Source of the DNA: Chrysomallon squamiferum
Lineage: Eukaryota; Animalia; Mollusca
Length of the DNA stretch: 64,000 nucleotides
Direction: 5' to 3'
Assembly (NCBI GenBank): GCA_012295275.1
Contig: CM022679.1
Location: forward strand, 7,874,001 to 7,938,000
Every line of letters begins with the position of its first letter. Positions within the stretch are counted from its first letter, which is position 1. Shown here piece after piece: positions 43,897 to 57,221 of this stretch. Below the pieces are notes generated by a model. The model did not search any database. It had not been told where the DNA came from and saw only the letters and a list, made by a program, of their open reading frames with translations. The position numbers and the translations under genes are program-made.

Positions 43897-46800
43897 CATG
43901 ATGAACATTTATGAAATGAATTTTACTTTATATTTAGAGGTTTTAAATGCTTTTCTGTCATCTGACAAATACTGTTACTTATTTTTTTTTAATTTAAAAA
44001 CATCAAATTAAACAGTAGTTATTGGTTTATATAATAAAATGATTTTTACCTGGACAGTCTACATCGTAGAAGAGGAAGAATGCAATGTGAGCAAGCAGAG
44101 TGGCAGTTGGAACCCTGGGATAAACAGAAAACAAATTAAAATTATTCTAGACTGTTAACAGCTTCATCATTTCAACCCTGAAACACACATACATTAGGTT
44201 TGTTAGAATTAGAATTAAGAATACTCTGGGTTTTGTGTAATGTATACGTACATGGGTGAAAGAATAGATATTTGAACAGGTATGTCTATATATGCATGTG
44301 CTTGTGCATGCATATCTATATATGTGTTTGTCTCTGAGTGTGGATGCATGTGCGTGCGTGTGAATGTGTGTGTATTTTTGCTTACTGTTAACAAAACAGA
44401 ATTAAAAACATGTTAACTGTAAAAAAAAGCCAAAAACCAAATTTATTGATTTTTTTAAATTTTGTAAATAAAAACATTTGACATATCCTATCTGAACTCA
44501 CCACCTTTAAGCTTAGTAAATAAAATGTAACAGAATTTTTGAAATTTTACGAATCCTGTTTGAACTCACCACTTTTAAAGCTTTGTAAAAAAAATGTAAC
44601 AGAATTTTTAAACATTCTACAAATCCTATTTGAACTCACCACTTTTAAAGCTTTGTAAATAAAATGTAACAGAATTTTTGAACTTTTTACAAATTCTGTT
44701 TGAACTCACCACAGTGGTGATGTAATGGAGAGGATAATGGAGCCTGTGGACACACAGACGCAGAGGAGAGGGAAAGCAATGGCCAACAGCAGCGAACCAA
44801 TGGCTCCCTTCACCACAAAGTTCCAGAACCGATTAAAATGTCGAGTCAGACTCTTACCAAGGAAACCTGCAGTGTAAAACAGTTGTTTAACACACACAAG
44901 AAAATAACATACATGATGTACACCAACACAATCAAAATATAAAATATGCATTAAGTAATTATATTATGAGGTGTAAATGCTGGTTAGTATTAGCTCAATT
45001 GGTAGAGTTCTGTTTTCTGAAGATGAATATACAGGTTTAAATTAATTTAGCAGAAAATTTAGTAATCTACTATACTTATTAACATGACTATTTCTGATTT
45101 ATTGTAAATATGGAATAACCTCTTCAATTCATTTATGATATCCCCTCTTCCAGTAATGACCACTAAAGCAATCACAATACACTGACTCATAATAATGATG
45201 TCTGACTATTGTCCAGTTTGAATTTTCGCCTCTAGACGCCTCTAGATGGAGATATTTGTCTTGGTTTGTGAAGTAAAAAAATGAAAATTTAAATCTTTTA
45301 GTAAATCAAATGCTAGTGTTAGAATGTTCACCTAACAGGATGGTCAAGTTTAATTCATACCACTGATTGCCAAGGTAAGTGACACAGAAATGCAGAAAGG
45401 TTACCTGTGTCTGGGGTCTCCTCAAACTCTTTTCTTGATTTTCGCACATTTTCCCAGAGTGCTTGCAAATTTGATATCATTGTTGGAGTGAGTGAAGACT
45501 CTCTAGGGTACAAGGCACCCTAAAATTAACAATTAATTAGTTACACGTCTATAATGTTCATGATTTAAAATCAATAATTGATCAGTTACATATCAATAAT
45601 GTAACCTGTTCATGATTTAAATTTAACAATTAATCAGATACAAAATAAAACAAACAACCATATAAACATTATGTGTACCAATTAACTTTTTAAATATCAA
45701 AATAATAAAAAGCAATACCTTCTGTAATTTAACAAGAAGACAGATAGAAAAACCATCTTTAATTAATAAAATGTGATATCTAACATAGTTTTCTTACAGT
45801 TCCATGTTATATAGTACTTATACTGCATAGTAAAATAACTTTAAATATTTACTTGTTTAACTGATATTTGAACTTACAAATCTAGCTCCAAACAAAAAAG
45901 CATATATAGGTTTATTCTCACACAATATTCTACTAATAATGAACATAAAATTAATTCTAGCTGTTTCTGGGATTTGAACTCACAAGCCACTTACATCAAC
46001 CTGGCTGAGTTTGAGATCTGGCATGAAGGGTTTAACTGAAAACAGTGCTCTAAGGCTGAACTTACTGCACCATGGAATTATTACCTGCAGCAGGAACATA
46101 AATTAATTAGTAACTCAAATAAATATACATACATATATACATATATATAATTACTAATTACATAAGTATGTACATATAGACATATAAACATAGATTTCCA
46201 AAGATGTATAGATCCAAATTAATCAGAATATTCATTGCTAACTACATAGATACATATATACTTAGTATATATACTTACATATATACATATATACTTAGTA
46301 TATATACTTACATATATACATACATACCGCAAAATAAAATAAAGAACAATCGCACATTAAGAAATTAAGTAAAAAAATAAATAAAATAAATATATTTATT
46401 TCATTCGAAGACATATTATAGTATTTTTTAATAATTACTATCAGAATTACATAACCAAAAACACTGTTGTTTTGACTCAGAAAATTTATATTATATACAA
46501 AATTTGGGATTTGTTAAATGCTTCTTTGAATAATAATAAAAAACACCACAAAAAGAGCGCACAAAAAACACAAACGTTAAAATTAAATAATGTCGGAACA
46601 ATTTTGTTTGAGTACTATCCTCAAAAAAGAAAAATATACAGTTATGACAGATTTTAAAAATGTTTGACTACACAGAAGAAGCAGTACCCCAAACAGAAAC
46701 ATTGAGTTCCACGTCCAGGCCCAGGTCCTGTGAAAGTAGTTCCACCACCGCCAGAACGGGTGACGTGTTGTTGTTTTGCATTCCGTATACTTGGACACAC

Positions 46801-47789
46801 TGTAGGTAACCTTGGTAACAAACGGTAAATAACGATTATTTTAATACCAGGTGTATTTCTTCATCATCATCATTATTATATATTTATTTTGTTATTATTA
46901 TTATTATTATTATTATAATTTTATTTTATAATTTTTATTTAATTGTTATTTAATTTTTTTAAAGATATGATTGTTTGCTAACAGTGTATTTGTAGCAATA
47001 CAAAAAGGTGGTCTTATGAATTTTATGTGTTTTGAAATATTTGTTAATTTGTGATAATAATAATAAAATGAAAAAACAGCTCACAATCCTAATTGTTTCA
47101 TAAATAGCAATATTTAAACAAAATTAAAACTTCAAAAATAGAGAGAACAAACAAACGAGTGAAAAATTATAATAATAAATGTGAATACTCAGTCTATTAT
47201 GGTTATTTGTACATATCTAATATAACATATCAGCAGTCCAGCATCCTTTCATTAAGTTACAACAATCTTCCATTACATTAACAACCCAGCAAAAACTCAA
47301 ACATATAACCTACCACATAAACCCTTTTATAATCTTCAAAAAAAAAAAAAAAGTGTTCTCCACTTTATAATAATAAAATTAATTTTTCTGACAGTTACTA
47401 TAAAATAATCAGACATTGTTCTATGGTTTCACTTGTTATTTTAATTTCTTACATTTCTCATCCCTCCATCAATCGGAGGACTGCCATCTCTGATCACTGT
47501 TTCTATGAGTTCAATCTCACCGTGAGACTGGCGCCGAATCACCCAGTTTCCAGGCAACCAAATCCTTGTTGAGAATGAGAAAGTCCGTGTAGGTTTTTTC
47601 ACCTTGCTCAGCTCCTGATGCAAAACAGCATCTCGCTGAATAGAAACACTGAAGTGATGATAACTGTACTAGACAACACAGGTTCAGCTCTTGTATCAAA
47701 AATTATAAATACTGATATAATTTTCTCTTTGGTTATATAGATGTATGTATGTATGTATGCATGTATGTATGCATATATGTATATATATG

Positions 47790-47825
<36 letters not shown>

Positions 47826-48354
47826 TGTATGTATGTATGTATGTATGTATGTATGTATGTATGTATGTATGTATGTATGTATGTATGTATGTGTGTATGT
47901 ATGTATGTTTGTATGTATGTATGTATGTATGTATGTATGTATGTATGTATGTATGTATGTATGTATGTATGTATGTATATATATCTGTATGTATGTTCGT
48001 AAGTATCTGTGTGTTTGTGTGTGTTAGTATATGTCCTACTACAGATCAGAAATATATTGAGAGTATATATGTGCTGTGTTTGACATTGTTATTAATATAA
48101 ACAGATAAAACAATAATTTAACCCATTAATACATAACAGGTACATAATGAACACATCTTGTACTGTGAGACTCAAACATCTACAAACTATCTGTACAACC
48201 TCTTTGATAAAGTTGAGATCTCGTCTAAGAAAGTAGACAGCTTGATGAAGTCCCTGCTCCTCACAAATACTGATAGCCTCCTCGTGGGCAGACCAGAGGT
48301 TCTGTGTTATGAAGTCATCCTGAAATATGTGTATAATGATATATATCCTGAATA

Positions 48355-48390
<36 letters not shown>

Positions 48391-51300
48391 TGTATGTATG
48401 TATGTATGTATGTATGTATGTATGTATGTATGTATGTATGTATGTATGTATGTATGTATGTATGTATGTGCATGTGTGTGTGTGTGTGTGTCATTATTAA
48501 TATCACATTAGTTTACTAAAGTTCCATCAACAGGAACTGAACCAGGATATTCAATGTGAGAATCAAGAGCTCTACAGTTTGAATGATGATTATATATGGC
48601 TGGTATTTTCTCTTTATTAATAACGAAGGATACAGTATTTTAATAATATTCAAAATTCAGAATTTTTTTCTTTTCATTACCAAGATGTAATTAAAACACA
48701 GACCTTGAAGGTTTCCACCTGTTCGTTCATCCAAGCCTTGATGCGAGATTTCACTGGGTACTCCTTTCTTAGGTGACCTACCAGCTGAAAAAACAGCAGA
48801 AAATGGTTTTTCAACATAAAAGAAATTTTCAAAATAAAAAGTTTTTAAATATAAAATAAATAAATACATTTTTTTTTATTTAAAACTAATTTTAATTTTT
48901 TTTTTTTTCCAAAAAAATTAAATATTAATTTTTATATTCAATTTTTTTTTTCCAATGATGGTTCTAGACAAACATCATGACTGTGTTAGAAGATTAACTT
49001 AAATCTCAGAATCTTTACACTGATGACAAAACCATTGGTCACCAAAACATTATTGACATCCGTGTGTTAGAAGATTAACTAAAAAAAACCCCCATATTTA
49101 GGACAAAACCACCAATATAGTTTCATACAAGTCATGAGACACTGTTTAGAACTGGAAACAGTCTGACGAGGAAGAGGGATCCTATGACCCATCTTACTCT
49201 GAGATAAATGAAGACTTAATCACCAATTAAACCACAGCCTTCTTCATGACCAGTTCACAAATTTAAAAATATTTTTCACCTGTTCCTTGTACTTCTGCAT
49301 CTTCTGTTGAAGGTTCTGTACGGCTTTCTGCATGGCAATCACTGACTTGGCTTGTGACACAAGAAGTTCACCTGGACATTAACAAATAAACTTTTGATCA
49401 AAACACTCGAGAGATAACTTTTTCTTTCATGAATCAAGATCAGACACACAGAGCTTTTTAAGATCAGTTCAAGATTTTTACATGCAAGATAATACAACAA
49501 TAGACTAAAATGGGATTTCGAATTTTATATATCAACTGAAGACATATATTCTTTACAAAAATTGACTCTTAGTATTGTCTCTAAGTAAGTGTATATAAAA
49601 TGCACAAACAGTTACACACACACACACAGAGATATATATAAACAAAATAAACACACACAAAAAAACACACACAGATATTATATTGATAAACATATGATGG
49701 ATATAAACATACATACACATATTTGTTTACAAAAAACATACACACAAATAAACATACAGTTATATATATAAACAATGATACATATATATATATATAAAAA
49801 TGCTGCTATTATTATATATATATGCATATATATAATAATGTATATATTAAGTTATGTTGTTTTCAAAGTAACACAGGTATTTAAATTAAAGGTTACCAAG
49901 TCCTTGTTGTAAACTGTTCAGTTCTGCATTGCTGCTGATTGATGTAAACACTCGAACCAGATACTCCTGCATCACAGCCTCATTCACCATCTGAATAAAT
50001 AAATAAATAAATAAATAAATGAATGAACAAATAAATGAATTAAGAGATAGAAATAAATAATAAATAAATAGAAATAAATAAATGAATGAATAAATAAATT
50101 GAAATAAATACAGGAATGAATAAATAAATAAATAAATTAAGAGATATAAATAAATAAATAATGGAAATATTGCTAACTGTAATTTATAACAAGTAAATGA
50201 ATATAATAAAGAGAATGTATCACAATTTCTTTCTTAGTGAAACAAATGTAACACAAAGTACTAACCTCAGTTATCTCTTCAATTGACAGCCCCTTTCCTG
50301 TAATAATAATAATAATAATACAATCAGTAACACTAAAAGCAGTAATTGACATAACTACAAGTTATTATTTTTATTAAACAAAAACTACAACAAAAATGAA
50401 AACACAACATAAATAACAAAAATAAATTTAAATAAATAAAAATTAAATAATATAAAATAATATTATCTTTAATTTTACAACAAAAAATAAATAAATAAAT
50501 AAATAAATAAAATAATAATGTGTAAAAATAATAAAATAAAAATAAATAAATAAATAATAATACAAATAAATTATTATCTTTATTTAAATAAATAAATAAA
50601 AAAAAATAAAATAAAATAAAATAAAAACAGATGTTCTTTATTTATTTTTAAATTATTCAGAACTCATGTTTTCTTCTTATTATTGGAGATTTTCTCTTTT
50701 TTTAATTTTACTTTTAAGTGTTAAATCAGTTTTACCTTTGTACTCTTTGATCAGCCTCTGTCTAAATGACACTGTCCAACCCTTGGCCTCCCTGTCCAGA
50801 ATGTTACTCAGGATGGGCAAACAGTTGTTCATCAGATCTGCAAATTAACTCCAAACATTAAACAGCATTCACATTTGAAATATAATATTAATAATAATAA
50901 CAGTAATAAAAATAATGTGTTATAAAATAGGGGAAAAAAAAAAAAAAAAAAAAAAATATAAAAATTAAATAAATTAAAAAATAAATAAATATATAAAAAA
51001 ATAAAAATGAAAAATGAAAAAAAAATAAAACAAACTATAAATAAATAAATAAAATATAAGTAAAACAAAATAAAATAAGAATAAGAATAAAAAAAGTAAA
51101 AATATAAATAAAGTAAAATAATTAATAATTAAAATAAAATATATTACCTGATCATTTAAACATTTTTAAACCAAGACATACTTTTCCCACTAACATACTA
51201 ACTCCATCAATTTTCACCTTGTAAAAACAAAATTTGTTGTAGCTGTAGCAGCAGCAGTGGTAATGGTAGTAGCAGAGGTACTAGTAATAGTTAGTAGTAA

Positions 51301-52655
51301 TAATAGTAGTAACAGTCATAATAGTAACAGAGGTAATATTAGTAGCTGTAGTAAAACTAGTAATGGTAGAAATAGTAAAAATAGGAGTAATAGTAATGTT
51401 AGTAGTTGTATTACTGGTTGTGGTGGAAACAGAAGAAGAAATATAAAAATAATAGTAATGGTAGTTATAGTAGTAGTTGTAGCAGTAACAGCAGTAGTAG
51501 TTGTAGTAGCAGTAACAGCAGTAGTAGTTGTAGTAGCAGCAGTAGCAGTTGTAGTAGTAGTAAATGGAATTACATAAAAGAATAAGTGGTTTTATTCAGA
51601 TTACCTATCAAGTGCAACTATTTAATGAACCTGCTGGTTTTGCCCACAACAGGCAACAGGCAATGACTTACACTACAATATTTCAGATATTCAACTTTTT
51701 AATTTTTCTGTTACCTGTTCTTTATTTTTGAAAACAAAAATACACACACATACATATATTGTGATGATGATGATGATGGTGATTATCATTATTATTATTG
51801 TTATTTGTCTGTTGATTATGTAATATATGATTTTACCTTGGTTGAACAGTCTCAGATCTATTTCTTGGCCTTTGGGGCTGAGAAACCTGTGTGTTATAGG
51901 TGGAGGTTTCAGATCAAATGACTGAAAGAAAAACATATAATTTAATTTAAATACTAATAAGATTTTAAAAAAAATAAATAAATAAATAAATAAATAAATA
52001 AATTAGAAGAAAAACACAAGAAGTATTAGATAATAATAATAATGATGATAGAAATATTTTATTTAAATTAGAAAAAAATTATTTAAAAAAAAAAAAATTA
52101 ATAATAGAAAATGATTGATTTTGATAAATAAGATAATAATGATAATATTTCTTCAAAAATAGTTAAAAATTAGATTAAAAAAATTTTTATTATTATTACA
52201 TTTTCAGTTATGTAATGTATCAGATACAATCTCATCATAACAATTTACTTCATAATTTATATATTTTAATTCAATCTATCCAGTGAAATGTCATATGAAC
52301 AACAGTTGTCAAATTAAAATACATTGTTACCTTGTGTGTTTCTATTTTCAATATCTTGGACTGTTCTTTTATGTATTCACAGAATTCATACAACTCCTTC
52401 TTAGAGGAGGGCTGTAATAAACAAATGAGTATTTACAGCTATATTGTTAAAACAATGTTAATAAATGTACTGAAATAAATTATAGAATTTAATACATAGT
52501 TAAATAAAGAGATAAATTTAGAAAGATTTTCTCCCCCATGTTAAAAACAGTTAAACAATACAGATAATATCTAGAAGAAGAAAACTTATTTAAAAACTGA
52601 AATAAAAATAAAATAAATAATTATGTAATATTAATAAATAAATAACACAAAAATA

Positions 52656-52692
<37 letters not shown>

Positions 52693-53378
52693 TAATAAAA
52701 AAACAACAACAACAATAATAATAATAATAATAATAATAATTAAAAAAAATAATAATAAAAACAACAATAATAATAATAATAAATAATAAAAACCAAAAAC
52801 AATAATAATAATAATAAAAAACAATAATAATAGTAATAATTAGAATAATAATAATAAAAACAACAATAATAATAATAAGCTTTTAACACTTATATAGAAA
52901 AAAATATTCCAAAATAATTTTACCTTTTGATATTTACTATTACCTTTATGTTAAGTTCAGCCACAAGGTAACCCATGTGTTCCTCTCTCACCTTAGTGCA
53001 TAGATCACCTGGTGTAGTTGATGGCATCCCAATGAAAACATCTAAAACAAAAATGTCTGAATGTATCAAAAGTCTGCATAACAAATGGCAAAATGAGTTG
53101 TCTCCCTTCTTGGTGATAGCAAATTTTTTGCAGTATTAATAATTAGAAGGTCAGATGAAACATTTAATGTTGTTAGGATAGAATTTATTTGTAATGAAAG
53201 AGAGGTATAGCAAATCTTCTTATTTTCATAATACTTATTAAATATGGAATATGTATGTGTGTTATATATGTAATAAACTAGTGACAATAATAAATAAAAA
53301 TTCAAGTTTTTCTTTAGAATTATTCAGTTTTCTCTCTTTTTTTTCTTTAAAAAAATAAAATTAAATAAAATTAAAAAT

Positions 53379-53412
<34 letters not shown>

Positions 53413-53465
53413 AGTAATAGTAGTAGTAGTAGTAGTAGTAGTAGTAAGTAGTAGTAGTAGTAGTA

Positions 53466-53520
<55 letters not shown>

Positions 53521-53609
53521 AGTTTAACTCGTGCTGTAACCACAGCTATCAGAAGAGAATATCTAGTAAAAATTAAGCACTCATCTTATTATCGATTATA
53601 AATATAATA

Positions 53610-53641
<32 letters not shown>

Positions 53642-53643
53642 TA

Positions 53644-53707
<64 letters not shown>

Positions 53708-56700
53708 TAAATGTTTTAAATAAAATCTAAGTTAAAGTTTAGTTACCCAGCAGCTTCCAAAGACCTTTCCCCCAAGCCCGGACAGACTGAGTGATACTGA
53801 AGAACTGGGATGAGAACCTGTTTCGTGCAGTTATTATTAGCAACCTCAGCGACAACGCTGCATCCTGAAACAGCCACAAAACATCAAAAATTAACAACTT
53901 AGCTGTACATCATCATCCTTAACAACATAACACAACATGAGTAATAATTGTATCTGAAGAATAAAATATGTGGCTACATCAAGATAAAATTATGTTTGTG
54001 ATCTTTTTAAAATGTTCAAAAGAAATGAATTAATACTAAAATTTTATCAAGTTGTTTTTGATAACCTATTAAAAAAATTTAAAGCTCAGTTTACATTATT
54101 TAAAAAAAAAAAATTTGTTTAGGTTTAACTAATGCATGGAATAGTCTAGTGGCTTTTCATAAGATGCTAGAAATTAAAACTTTTAAAAATTATGAGTGTT
54201 TGCTATCTAGCATTTAAGAACCTTAAATAACATTTTTTTAAATTCTTTAAGTGTGACTAATGTGTGTACTTTGTTTAGTTTATTGATGCATAAGTCCAAG
54301 CAAGGACATTTTGTAGACAAAATCTTTAACTGACATCATCTTTTTTATTTTAACTTCAAGATCTAATAATAATAATAATAATAATATACAGATTTATATA
54401 GCACCCCATACACCATATTTGGTGCTATGTCCACTTACAACAGTGGAATTTTTGTTTTCACCCAACACACCATACTTATCGCAGAGGAAATTTCCTTTTT
54501 CTTTTTTGTGGTATTTCTTCATGTGATTATGTATGAGACTGACTGCAATTTTACTTACTTCAGTACACTGTGAGGTTCATATTGTCTTTGAAATAATGTT
54601 CTAAGAAGTTTAAAAAAAAAAAAAGTACAGTGGCTTACACGGAGCAATGTTTCGTGTGATCTCAGAGTCCCTTTTGGAAAAGTTCACTGAGTCTCCACTT
54701 GTGAACCTGGCCAGGAAAGTGTATACTGTCCACTTCAAACTCCCTGGAAAAACACAACTCATTTTTAAAAAATTATCATTTAAATTACTATTAATATCAG
54801 TAAATGTTTTGGTAAATGTTTTTCAGGGACATTAATATCTTAGAAGTAGATTTTAGGGATTTGTTTTCACAAAAGCAAGAATTTGTGTTGACCTCATCAA
54901 CAAAAGTAATTTTTGAAAAAGATATATAATTATAAATTAAATTTAAAAAAAAATATATATTTTTTAACATAATATGTCAAAATATATGTCAAAATATATT
55001 AAAACAATTTTTTTATACCCACACTTAACATATTTTGTATTCAAAACGTATTCATAATTTTATTATAACAAATAAAAATACATTACTAAATTTACAGATG
55101 TAAAATATTAGTTTTAAGTATAATTAAAAAATGGATCTATTTTGCACACTTTAGTGACATATTATCCACTTTTGTTATGATAAACATTCACCCTCTGTTC
55201 CAGATACTAGCCAGCTGTTTCTCATTGAGTTTCTTCAAATCTCCAGTTCTGTTCTTAGCTACTTCCTCAAGTTCATCAAACGATGGAGCTATGAACAAAT
55301 CCTTTAAACCTATTCTGCTCTGTAAAAAACAAAACAAAAAAACCCCATAAATTTACTACCCATAAAAATCAGTACAGATTGAGAATCTTTTATCTAAAAT
55401 GGTTGGTATCGCATTTGTTTCAGAATCCAGATTTTTTTAGATTTTGGAATACTATGAGACAGCGTTAAAACTGCATCTCAGTCTAAAAATGAATTCCATT
55501 TATATTTCATTAATCAGCTTATATAAACTGTTTGCAAGATTTTTATGTAATATTTTAAAATATGTTTGTGCCTAAAATAAAGTTTGTGTATGCAAAAATA
55601 ACCTGAAGACTGTAATATATCAATATATCAGTGTTTGGATAAAGTGTCAGATTATTATTACTACTACAAGTAATAAATCTTTTATCTAACCAAGAGTCAA
55701 AGTAGATTATCACTTAGCACATCAGCATCTGGGGATTTCAGACACAGAGATTTTTAAATTATTTGTAAACTGAACCTGTGAGTTTTACATGTAAGTTCAT
55801 ATTTTAAAAAATATAACAATAAAATAAAAATAAGTATTTTAACACATCATATGTGATTTAAAATTCTGAAATGGAATTCTTATATGTGCCTGTGAAAATC
55901 AGTAGAACAGCCAGTCTTTCTCGCATTCCTGATACTATATTAAAATTTAACTAATAATAATAATAATAACAACAAAAATAATGGCAATAATAACACTAAC
56001 AGTTACAACAACAGCAGCAGCAGCAGCAAAAACAACAACAATAATTTATGGAGCTGTACTTACATATTTTATTACCATGTAACTGTATCAGTATAATTTT
56101 TGCATATGTCTTTAGCCATTCATTACGGATGTTACATTTTCCTATTTAAATCAAACTAGAAACTTTAACTCACCTCTTCAATGCCTGGATTTCCATCAGC
56201 TGCCTGAACATTTGACCTCAGCTTTGGAAGCACAATTGGAAATGTTTTCCAGTGATAAAGCATGGACTCTGCCAACTGAATTAAAAAAACCAAATTATAC
56301 AGTAATAGTCTACATATTTTGATACAACAAACAGTTTTTAATATTTTATTTAATATTCAACATTTTGCTAACTGTATGGAAGCAAATATAGATTTATAAA
56401 TTAACTATTAGCGTTGTCGCTGAGGTTGTTAAAAATATATTTTTATGGATGTGTGTCTCTACGTGAATGTGTATATTATGTTTGCATGATTTTTTTGTAA
56501 ATGTTTTTCTACAAAAAAGAAACTTAACCTTCTCTCTATGTTCCCTCTTCAGGCAAACACTTTATCTTGCATACATACACATACAATCAAATTCATACAC
56601 TGAATGTGTATGTGTGTCTGTTTATCTCTCTCTCTCTCTCTCTTTCACGCACACACACACATACACACAGTCTGTTTTTACCAGTTTGATGGACTCCATG

Positions 56701-57162
56701 ATTTCAGCCATCTCTGGAGAGACTTTGCTGGCATCATATCGAAAATAGAGAGGTTCACGCTGAAAAATACAACAGTAATACACATTAACAGTAAATCATA
56801 ATTCAGAAAAACAGAATGAATATATACACTGAAAAATATTAAAAAATAAAATAAAAAGTAATAATAAAAAATAACGAATTACTTAAGATAGCCAATATAA
56901 AATATAAAATAATGGAAATTAATAAATTCAGAAAAAAAATATACAGTCTGAAACAGTATAGTTTTCTTCTTTTTTTCTTCAAATGTATTTTTATTTATTT
57001 ATATATTTTGTTTCTTATGTCAAACTTATGTTTTTATTCAGAAGTAAAACATACAGGAGAATACACAGTTGAACAAAATGATACTTAAGAAATGTTTCAC
57101 ATTTTAAAACATTGTTAATAAGAAATAGTAGCATTCATTAGAAGTCAAGATACATTTCACAG

Positions 57163-57221
<59 letters not shown>

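Noticed and set aside
44985-45045. TAGCTCAATTGGTAGAG...GGTTTAAAT as a tRNA gene
   Set aside because: Only A-box/B-box-like remnants with no acceptor or anticodon stem; at best a SINE or tRNA relic.
51182-51217. Possible extra exon VKIDGVSMLVGK
   Set aside because: It is phase 0-0, whereas E11 and E12 join in phase 1; inclusion gives an immediate stop.
51257-51577. 106-aa Val/Ser/Asn-rich ORF
   Set aside because: Degenerate (GTA)/(GCA) trinucleotide repeat in an intron, antisense to the real gene.
54662-54664. In-frame TGA as selenocysteine
   Set aside because: It requires a weaker alternative donor and no SECIS was identifiable; a one-base homopolymer correction explains it more simply.
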